DNA from: a virus
Direction: 5' to 3' (one strand)
UHGV virus genome: UHGV-0383272
DNA length: 41,381 nucleotides
The notes beneath the pieces are model-generated. The model did not search any database. It saw only the letters and a program-made list of their open reading frames with translations, and was not told the DNA's origin. Position numbers and translations under genes: made by a program. Positions 34,617 through 41,381 of this stretch are shown here, one piece after another; position 1 is the stretch's first letter; every line of letters begins with the position of its first letter.

Positions 34617-35030
34617 CTAGTCTCTATAATCTTTACGGGTGAATTTTTGTTTTGCTTCTTCTTTGTTCATCTCCATTGCAGTACGAATAGCTATCAATAG
34701 ACGATCTTTTTGATCTTTCGTAGCTGGCTCACCGTAGAAGTTCAAATTTTCCCCGTTAGCAATCCCCTCTATTAATTCTTCTGCCTGAATAGCGATATCT
34801 TTTTTCTCTTTGTCAGACAATTCATAGTATTTCTTTTTCTCAGTTCGACCTAGTAGATAGTCAGTGGAAACATCGAAGTAATCAGCAACTTTTTGCAGTT
34901 TGTCGGATGCAGGACTGGTTTTATCCCATCGGTATATAGAGTTCTCACCAATTCCAATATTTGCTGCAAGTTCTTTAATAGTTACGTCTCTTTGTTTAGC
35001 TAGTAGTTTTATTCTGTCTAAAGTATTCAT
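34617..35030 (-). CDS. XRE-family HTH repressor (CI-like)
   Basis: IKELAANIGIGENSIYRWDK HTH; divergent from cro. Confidence 0.7.
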   Translation of the reverse strand: MNTLDRIKLLAKQRDVTIKELAANIGIGENSIYRWDKTSPASDKLQKVADYFDVSTDYLLGRTEKKKYYELSDKEKKDIAIQAEELIEGIANGENLNFYGEPATKDQKDRLLIAIRTAMEMNKEEAKQKFTRKDYRD

Positions 35031-35085
35031 AAAAATCACCTTTCAAGGAAAAGAGCACACTAAATAAAATATCTACCGAAAATGG

Positions 35086-35114
35086 TTGACAACTACCAAA
35101 TTAGATAGTATACT
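35086..35114 (+). promoter_or_regulatory. candidate early rightward promoter (TTGACA-17 nt-TATACT)
   Basis: Consensus -35 at 35086-35091 and -10 at 35109-35114. The spacer carries the imperfect palindrome ACTACCAAATTAGATAGT. Confidence 0.45.
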
Positions 35115-35206
35115 CAGTTCAGGATATAAGAAATGAGCAAAAATTAAGATATAAAAAAGCAATAAATCTTGGCGGATTTAGAATGCTTATTTCTGTATGT
35201 CTATAG

Positions 35207-35220
35207 TACCACATGTGGTA
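35207..35220. promoter_or_regulatory. 14-bp perfect palindrome TACCACATGTGGTA, candidate operator
   Basis: Read directly. Shares the TACCA half-site with the palindrome in the promoter spacer. Confidence 0.4.
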
Positions 35221-35266
35221 GATTTGTCAATTGTTTTTACCGAAAAAGATTGGAGGTGGACGCATT

Positions 35267-35470
35267 ATGGTTTCGATTGTTGCCAATATAAAAAGTATAG
35301 CAAAAGAAAAAGAGCTTACCATCAAGCAAATTGGTAAAGATTCGGGAGTTGGTGCAAATGCTATTTATAGGTGGGATAAGCAAAATCCTAACTTAGCTAG
35401 TCTAAAAAAAGTATCAAATTATTTGAATGTACCGATTGAAGAATTATTAGATGAAAAACAGGAGGTATAA
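35267..35470 (+). CDS. Cro-like XRE-family HTH regulator
   Basis: IKQIGKDSGVGANAIYRWDK HTH; ATG after SD ggaggtgg. Confidence 0.55.
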   Translation: MVSIVANIKSIAKEKELTIKQIGKDSGVGANAIYRWDKQNPNLASLKKVSNYLNVPIEELLDEKQEV

Positions 35471-35472
35471 CC

Positions 35473-35778
35473 ATGAAGACTGTTCAAGTCAACAACGAGT
35501 TTTTTATACCAGATGAAATTTTACATCAAATTGCTGATATTACCGCTGATATTGTGCTTGAAAAAATTAAGGATCAGTTGGATATCTGGGATAAGATAAT
35601 CGATTTGCCGCCAGCACCTAATAAATCACAAATCATGAAGACGTTAGGAATTGGGAACGACACCTTGAACTTTCTTATCGCAAACGGAGCAACACCAATG
35701 GTGTGGGGAGAGAATACAGTTCGGATCGAACGATCTGATCTTAGAAAGGCATTCGAGAAAACAAAAATAGCTATGTAA
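35473..35778 (+). CDS. HTH DNA-binding protein (excisionase/AlpA-type candidate)
   Basis: C-terminal TLNFLIANGATPMVWGENTVRIERSDLRKAF resembles Xis-type HTH_17. Confidence 0.4.
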   Translation: MKTVQVNNEFFIPDEILHQIADITADIVLEKIKDQLDIWDKIIDLPPAPNKSQIMKTLGIGNDTLNFLIANGATPMVWGENTVRIERSDLRKAFEKTKIAM

Positions 35779-35791
35779 AGGAGGCAATAGC

Positions 35792-36709
35792 ATGAATGAA
35801 ATTAGCGAGACTTTCGACTATTCAATAGTGGATGATCGGACTGCTAGCTTTCTCAAAGTAAAAGAGCAGGAAATGAGAACAATCGTTTTGAATGGTTCGA
35901 TTCAACTCGGTGAAAAATTAATCGAAGCTCAAGAGCAGCTCGCTAAATTTAACAACGGTACTTTTGAAAGTTGGTTTACCTCTATTGGTTTAAAAAAAAG
36001 AACAGTTTACAACTATATCAATCAAGCTAAATTCGTGCATCAAATGCACGAATCGGAACAGATAGATATGTTCCAAGAACTACCAACAACGTTAAGAACT
36101 GAAATATCAAAACCCTCTGCTGAACCGGAAGCAGTCGAGTTAGTTCTATCTGGCGATATAAAAACCACAAAGGAATATCGAGAATTAGAAAAGCAGCTAA
36201 AAAAGAAAGATGAACAAATCGATAACCTTTCAGAAGTGATCAATGACATGAGTATTCAACAACCAAGAGTCATCGAAAAGGAAGTAGTTGTTGAAAAAAT
36301 TCCGGATGATTACGAAAATTTGAAACAATCCTATTCAGAATTAGAAGAACGAAGTTCGCAACTTGAATCAAGTTATAGATATTTGTTAGCTGAACGAAAA
36401 GAAGTGGATGAGAAATCGTCTAAGTATGAACAACTATCAAAGGCAATCAACCAAGCTGAAGGCAAACTAAACGAAACTCAGCAACTTATTTCTAACTACA
36501 AGAATCTATCAGATGTATTAGAAAAATCGAATGAGTTCTTGTCAGAGGCAAGCATCTTAATCTATCAGGATTTGTCAGAGGTGATCAGTCGGGACGGACT
36601 TGCAAAAAGAGAACTAGACTTTCTAACCGAAAGGTTGGAGAAATTTTTATCAGACTTAAAATCAATTAGCAAAAACAACATATTGGAAGGAGAGATTATC
36701 AATGAGTAA
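35792..36709 (+). CDS. hypothetical early protein with long coiled-coil
   Basis: 305 aa, SD aaggagg. Confidence 0.5.
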   Translation: MNEISETFDYSIVDDRTASFLKVKEQEMRTIVLNGSIQLGEKLIEAQEQLAKFNNGTFESWFTSIGLKKRTVYNYINQAKFVHQMHESEQIDMFQELPTTLRTEISKPSAEPEAVELVLSGDIKTTKEYRELEKQLKKKDEQIDNLSEVINDMSIQQPRVIEKEVVVEKIPDDYENLKQSYSELEERSSQLESSYRYLLAERKEVDEKSSKYEQLSKAINQAEGKLNETQQLISNYKNLSDVLEKSNEFLSEASILIYQDLSEVISRDGLAKRELDFLTERLEKFLSDLKSISKNNILEGEIINE

Positions 36710-37175
36710 TCAGCTATTAGAACTAGAGAAAAACCTAGAAAATCAATTAGTTTTGGTGAAAGAAATGCGCCTAATCAAGAGCGACGTTTCCAAGATGAAA
36801 GAGGAAATCACGAAGGATGTTCAAGAATTGCGAGATAGTATCACATTGAACCGTCACGAAGGAGCAGAAATTCAGTCAGCAGTTGGGAAGAAAGCATGGG
36901 ATTTAGCAAAAGAATACTTCGATCATAAAGTGTCAGATGATTTGTTTTTGGCTAAAGTTGGACACTTCCGCGGAATCATCTACAAGCGATTAAAAGAAAC
37001 TTTTAATGTACCGAGATACTATGATATTCGCCGTATTGATTTTACTAGGGCAAAACAAGTTATAGAAATCGTGTCATTAAGCAACTTAAAAGATTACCAA
37101 TTACGATTAACAGCACGGCAAAAAGAAATAGCTTACTTGAATGCTGACGATGTTGAAGGATTAGAGATTGCTTAA
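36702..37175 (+). CDS. hypothetical early protein (ORF6C-like C-terminal domain)
   Basis: 157 aa, overlapping start with the upstream gene. Confidence 0.4.
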   Translation: MSNQLLELEKNLENQLVLVKEMRLIKSDVSKMKEEITKDVQELRDSITLNRHEGAEIQSAVGKKAWDLAKEYFDHKVSDDLFLAKVGHFRGIIYKRLKETFNVPRYYDIRRIDFTRAKQVIEIVSLSNLKDYQLRLTARQKEIAYLNADDVEGLEIA

Positions 37176-37380
37176 GAGGAGAGAAAAAATGAAAAAACTC
37201 TATTGGCTCCGTAGAACAGGAGCAATGCTATTGGCGTTCGGGATAGGTGCAGCACTGACAGGAAGTATTCCAGAATGGTTAAAGGCAGTTTATGTAACTG
37301 CAGTGTTCGGATTGGTACTTATCTATGACGTAACTGAATACGAAGTAAAAAAGCCAACCGAGGGGGCTGACTATGAGTAG
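37168..37380 (+). CDS. small membrane protein
   Basis: 70 aa, two TM segments. Confidence 0.4.
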   Translation: MLKRREKMKKLYWLRRTGAMLLAFGIGAALTGSIPEWLKAVYVTAVFGLVLIYDVTEYEVKKPTEGADYE

Positions 37381-37412
37381 ACGAGACAAAATTGAATTTG
37401 GACTACTTATAT

Positions 37413-37916
37413 TTAGTTTAATTCTTTCACTAACTTCTCTATTGGCGAGTTTGTATTTTTGATATCAACCATTTTACTTATCTGTGTTCGGTTTAGACTG
37501 AAAATCATTTTAGTTTGATTACTCAATACACCATTAAAGTTTTTATTACCTACTTCGAAAGCTAAATAAAAAGACATTGCACTTTTCGGAGGGATATTTA
37601 AAGGAACTGATTCTGAATAAATTCGGTTGTCACCTGTCGATCCTCCTTTAGCAATTAGCTTTCTATATGGAGTCGCAGCCCATTTATGATCTAGCTTATC
37701 TGATAAAAGTTCTAGATTCACCAACATTGCTGGCTCAGTTAAAAAATTAGAGACGATTATCTTTGTATAAAGCATATCGGCTGCAAAGTAAGAAGCATTC
37801 AGAGCTACTTCTAATTGTGGACGCATTCCTCTGATTTTTACTATCGTCAACGAAGTGCTAAGAAGGAAGCTAATTATCGACATCCATTGGAAAATGGATA
37901 ATCCTAAGAATTCCAT
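37413..37916 (-). CDS. reverse-oriented membrane-anchored protein (moron; candidate superinfection-exclusion or abortive-infection factor)
   Basis: 167 aa with an N-terminal TM helix. It is the only minus-strand gene inside the plus-strand early operon, flanked by noncoding spacers. Confidence 0.5.
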   Translation of the reverse strand: MEFLGLSIFQWMSIISFLLSTSLTIVKIRGMRPQLEVALNASYFAADMLYTKIIVSNFLTEPAMLVNLELLSDKLDHKWAATPYRKLIAKGGSTGDNRIYSESVPLNIPPKSAMSFYLAFEVGNKNFNGVLSNQTKMIFSLNRTQISKMVDIKNTNSPIEKLVKELN

Positions 37917-37972
37917 AATATCACCATCCAGTTTTTAAACCATTATATCAAATTGAAAGGGGTGAGGAGAGT

Positions 37973-38119
37973 ATGAGTAAAAAAGAAGCATTACAAATTG
38001 GGAAAATCATTGCTGATCGATGGTGGCATCATAACGAGTCAACGATTCTAGCAAAACAGAACATCGAGCGAAGAAAAGCTTGGGAACAAAAAAAGCTCAC
38101 TACGCCGGCAAGCAATTAG
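37973..38119 (+). CDS. hypothetical small protein (48 aa)
   Basis: SD gaggagag; restarts plus-strand transcription after the reverse gene. Confidence 0.3.
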   Translation: MSKKEALQIGKIIADRWWHHNESTILAKQNIERRKAWEQKKLTTPASN

Positions 38120-38156
38120 TGAGCAAACAATATTTTATTTTCAAGGAGAATATACC

Positions 38157-38495
38157 ATGTTTGATTACGATAAAGCAATATCAGATCCTGATAATCATGT
38201 TTTTACGAATGTTAATCAGACGCAAATTAAAAATGATAAATCAGAATATGACTATATGTATGATGATTTTGGCACTCAAGTATTGCCGGATGATTTAGTT
38301 ATGAAAGTAGTTTTTAAGAAACGAAAAGTAGCAAATGATTGCTTAACAACAATTACGTTCGCGAAATATGTGACGATTGATAACTATGTGGAATTAATTG
38401 ATGATGTCGGCATTGAATATCAAGATTACAGCTTTGCTATCGAAGGCAAAGAGTATCTTCGAAAGAAAATAGAAGGGACGTTAGCTTGTGAATAG
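38157..38495 (+). CDS. hypothetical protein
   Basis: 112 aa, SD aaggag. Confidence 0.45.
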   Translation: MFDYDKAISDPDNHVFTNVNQTQIKNDKSEYDYMYDDFGTQVLPDDLVMKVVFKKRKVANDCLTTITFAKYVTIDNYVELIDDVGIEYQDYSFAIEGKEYLRKKIEGTLACE

Positions 38496-38578
38496 AAAAT
38501 GCCCAAGATGTAGAAACGAACGTATCAAAGACGATCATAAGTTTTGTTCGATTTGCGGACTGAAATTGGAGGGTAAGG

Positions 38579-39118
38579 ATGATGAACATCTTAGAAAAAT
38601 ATGAATTAGAAGATTTGGAGCAAACTTCAGTAGAAGGATGGACCATCGATGATATCGGTGGCGCAGATTGGGCACTAAGAAAAATTTCAGCTCTTCAAAG
38701 TCAAAATGATGAAATTAAGAAGTTCGCTGATTTGGAACGAGAAAGAATCGCGAGTTGGGAGACAAAAGAAACCGAAAGTAATAACGAGAGAATCAGTTTT
38801 TTCGAAAAGAAGCTAAGTGAATACTTAAATAAATTACGGAAAGATGATCCTAAAGCTCGAATCAAAACGCCACATGGAACAGTTGGGACAAGGAAAGTTC
38901 CCGATAAATGGGAATACTCTTCAGAGGCTGTTGCAGAGTTGAAAAAATTAGGGATGACTGAATACGTGAGGATTAAAGAAGAAGTTGATAAAGAAGCATT
39001 TAAGAAATCGGTATCGGTTCTTGAAGGTGGACGAATTGTAAATAGTGACGGTGAAGTAATTGAAGCGGTTAAGGTTATTCCGCAAGGCGAAAAATTATCC
39101 GTAAAGGTGGAAAAATAG
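38579..39118 (+). CDS. recombination-module protein (Siphovirus Gp157-like candidate)
   Basis: 179 aa, immediately upstream of the Sak4-like ATPase. Family assignment is from memory. Confidence 0.35.
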   Translation: MMNILEKYELEDLEQTSVEGWTIDDIGGADWALRKISALQSQNDEIKKFADLERERIASWETKETESNNERISFFEKKLSEYLNKLRKDDPKARIKTPHGTVGTRKVPDKWEYSSEAVAELKKLGMTEYVRIKEEVDKEAFKKSVSVLEGGRIVNSDGEVIEAVKVIPQGEKLSVKVEK

Positions 39119-39119
39119 C

Positions 39120-40118
39120 ATGGAAGTTAAAAAGGCGAAGCGGGAAAAGCTAAAAGTTCCCATTATGATCACTGGAGCAAGCGGCAGCGGAAAAACAGTA
39201 TCAGCTCTTTTAATTGCAAAAGGGATCGTTGAAAAAATGTATCCCGATTTATCAGACGAGGAACAGTGGTTGAAAATCGGGGTTATTGATACGGAACATA
39301 AGAGAGCACTTTTATATGCAGAGTCCACTGTGGCTGGTGTATATATCGGAGAATTCTTACACTTGGACTTTGAGCCTCCATACACAGTGAACAATTATAT
39401 TCAGGCATTTCGGTTAATGAAAGCTGAAGGCATCGAAGTAGTGATAATTGATTCAATTTCTCACGCTTGGAGCGGTGAAGGCGGGATTTTGGAACAAGTA
39501 GAAAGTTTTACCAAAGGTAATTCAAGTAAAAATATGCAGGCTTGGGCGAAAGTAAAACCACTGGAAAAAGAATTTCTTAAACTAGTGACTGGCAACTCAG
39601 TTTATGTGATTGCTACATCTCGAAGCAAACAAGCCTATGATTTCGATAAGGATGAAAAAGGTAAAACGAAGATAGTAAAAATGGGGCTTAAGCCAGACCA
39701 AAAAGATGCCCTTGAATATGAATTCGCTATTGCATTGAGGATGGATCAAGACCATATTGCCGAAGCAACGAAAGATAACTCTAATATGTTTGATCTTCCG
39801 TTTAACGTGTCATTGGAAACTGGACGGAAAATTTATGATTGGTCTGATCAGGGAATCGATCTAGAAAAACAGAGACGGGAATTAGTGATGGATATCATAG
39901 GCATGTCTGAAGAATCATCAGCGAGAAAGTCTGTCTTCGATGAAATGATGGGGAAAGCTAACGGAAGAAGAATTGATGATTTACCAATAAAGAGTTTGAA
40001 AAATTTAAAAGGGATTCTTGAAAGAACGGAAGAACCTAAAGCTGACGATCCTAAAGAGGATGAAGAAGTAAAACAAGAAGAATTGTTCGATAAGGACAAA
40101 CCACCTGTAAGAGAGTGA
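39120..40118 (+). CDS. Sak4-like RecA-fold AAA ATPase (single-strand annealing/recombination)
   Basis: Walker A GASGSGKT and Walker B VVIIDSISH; 332 aa. Confidence 0.7.
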   Translation: MEVKKAKREKLKVPIMITGASGSGKTVSALLIAKGIVEKMYPDLSDEEQWLKIGVIDTEHKRALLYAESTVAGVYIGEFLHLDFEPPYTVNNYIQAFRLMKAEGIEVVIIDSISHAWSGEGGILEQVESFTKGNSSKNMQAWAKVKPLEKEFLKLVTGNSVYVIATSRSKQAYDFDKDEKGKTKIVKMGLKPDQKDALEYEFAIALRMDQDHIAEATKDNSNMFDLPFNVSLETGRKIYDWSDQGIDLEKQRRELVMDIIGMSEESSARKSVFDEMMGKANGRRIDDLPIKSLKNLKGILERTEEPKADDPKEDEEVKQEELFDKDKPPVRE

Positions 40119-40122
40119 TGAA

Positions 40123-40875
40123 ATGTTGAACATAAGAATCGTAGGCAAGCAGTCTAACGGCGACTTTGTTGTTCGACCGATTGATGACAGTAAAGAAGAG
40201 TTAGAACTGCTCGTCAAACGACGTAAAACGTTGCTGACGGCTCAAGCATTCAATCCGAATAAAGTAACACGCCCGCAACAGAAAATCGCTCATGCGTTGA
40301 TTAGAGACATTGATAGCTATACGGATAATGAGTGGTTTATTCAAAATACCGAAGATGATCTAAAGATTAAGTTTTGTATTGATCGAGGACTGCCTTATGA
40401 AAAACTATTCTCATTATCGAATTGCAGCAAAGATTTAGCAACACAATTTATCTCATGGTTAGTTGAATACTGTTTTCATTATGACATTCCATTTGATGGA
40501 AAGGATTTATATCTAGTTCACGATATGAATAGAAAAATGTTCTTGTCGGCGCTTCACAACCGTTGTTTCGTCACTCAAGCACGCCGACAAGATGCGGTGC
40601 TACACATACACCACGTAAACGCCGTCGGGATGGGAAAACGTTCTAAGGTTGATCATCGTGGGCGCTATTACATGATACTTAGAGCCGAATTACACAATGA
40701 GATTCATCAACTTGGATATGACGAGTTTTGTCAAAAATGGCATGTAGGAGCAATCAAACTCTCTGATCAACAAATTCTAGACTTCGGACTGATGAGCGAA
40801 AAGCAAATGAAACAATTGGATGATAACCCAGATTATGAAATAAAGGATTGGCAATTGCCAGAAAGGGCGGGATAG
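40123..40875 (+). CDS. hypothetical protein with His-rich nuclease-like motif
   Basis: 250 aa; HIHHVNAVGMGKRSKVDH...H motif (HNH-like arrangement). Confidence 0.45.
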   Translation: MLNIRIVGKQSNGDFVVRPIDDSKEELELLVKRRKTLLTAQAFNPNKVTRPQQKIAHALIRDIDSYTDNEWFIQNTEDDLKIKFCIDRGLPYEKLFSLSNCSKDLATQFISWLVEYCFHYDIPFDGKDLYLVHDMNRKMFLSALHNRCFVTQARRQDAVLHIHHVNAVGMGKRSKVDHRGRYYMILRAELHNEIHQLGYDEFCQKWHVGAIKLSDQQILDFGLMSEKQMKQLDDNPDYEIKDWQLPERAG

Positions 40876-41042
40876 GAATGGTTTTTGAGAAATCAGGTTA
40901 TACAGTTGGTGAAACATTTTTCTGGTATGGAAAAGCCCTAAAAATAAAAAGTATTCAAGCAAAAACAGCCTATGATAAATTCGGTCAGCCCCATGTACTC
41001 GTTCGAGCTGATGACGGAAAAATATATTGGTTAAGAGCTTAG
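40848..41042 (+). CDS. hypothetical small protein
   Basis: 64 aa. Confidence 0.4.
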   Translation: MAIARKGGIGMVFEKSGYTVGETFFWYGKALKIKSIQAKTAYDKFGQPHVLVRADDGKIYWLRA

Positions 41043-41055
41043 CAGGAGGGATAAA

Positions 41056-41381
41056 GTGGCAGAACGCAGAATGTTCGCAAAAACAATTATCGATAGTGAT
41101 GCTTTTTTAGATATGCCGCTATCAAGTCAAGCTTTATATTTTCATTTATCTATGCGCGCTGATGATGATGGCTTTATAAATAATCCAAAGAAAATTCAAC
41201 GAATGGTTGGATGTGGGGATGATGATTTAAAGCTTTTGATGGCGAAGAAATTCATCTTAGTTTTTGAGAGTGGAGTAATTGTGATCAAGCATTGGAAAAT
41301 CCACAACTACATTCGCAACGATAGGTATAAGCCGACCTTATATCAAGAAGAAAAAGCAATGCTGACTGATAAAGAAAGTAA
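41056..41381 (+). CDS. replisome organizer, 5' part (phage_rep_org_N-type domain); ORF runs off the window end and resumes at 1..607
   Basis: GTG 41056 (ATG at 41071) after SD aggagg. MAERRMFAKTIIDSDAFLDMPLSSQALYFHLSMRADDDGF... is the classic organizer N-terminus, with no stop before 41381. Confidence 0.65.
   Translation, partial: MAERRMFAKTIIDSDAFLDMPLSSQALYFHLSMRADDDGFINNPKKIQRMVGCGDDDLKLLMAKKFILVFESGVIVIKHWKIHNYIRNDRYKPTLYQEEKAMLTDKES

Noticed and set aside
1-41381. Search for a CRISPR array, reverse transcriptase (retron or DGR), toxin-repeat (ToxIN-type) array, or host genes flanking a prophage
   Set aside because: No regularly spaced direct repeats. No reverse-transcriptase, Cas or transposase-like ORF. 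No non-phage genes at either end. The window is phage DNA throughout.

Overview
The window looks like one complete, circularly permuted genome (~41.4 kb) of a temperate siphovirus-type phage of a low-GC Gram-positive host. The gene content is Lactobacillales- or Enterococcus-like; I cannot pin the host down. There are no host flanking genes. The window opens inside the phage replisome-organizer gene: its 5' part is at 41056..41381 and its 3' part at 1..607, in the same frame with no stop across the join.

Modules in order on the + strand:
- Replication and recombination: organizer with internal iterons, RusA, SSB, and at the far end Gp157-like, Sak4-like ATPase and a His-motif protein.
- About 25 small early genes, including a C5 cytosine methyltransferase with an internal frame discontinuity, a YopX-family protein and an ArpU-family late regulator.
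- A 1.15 kb ORF-free, densely hairpinned interval, which I read as a candidate large structured ncRNA of the GOLLD/ROOL kind.
- Packaging: a standalone FtsK-gamma-like winged-helix mini protein, then the small and large terminase subunits (TerS, TerL).
- Head: portal, SPP1 gp7-like minor head protein, scaffold, and a major capsid gene with a -1 frameshift extension encoding an Ig-like (Big_2) domain.
- Tail: connectors, major tail protein, G/GT chaperones, tape measure, distal tail protein, a tail lysin with two hydrolase domains, a separate CHAP hydrolase, a BppU-like protein, and three fibre or receptor-binding modules joined by repeated junction sequences.
- Lysis: XkdX, holin, GH25 endolysin, XhlA-like protein.

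On the - strand there is a moron cluster (lipoprotein, two overlapping small genes, YolD-like protein), then attP with paired arm-type repeats, a tyrosine integrase, ImmA-like metalloprotease and an XRE-type repressor. A divergent switch leads to a Cro-like gene, an Xis-like HTH protein and further early genes. No CRISPR array, reverse transcriptase or canonical tRNA was found.

All functional calls rest on motifs I recognised by eye, not on database searches.
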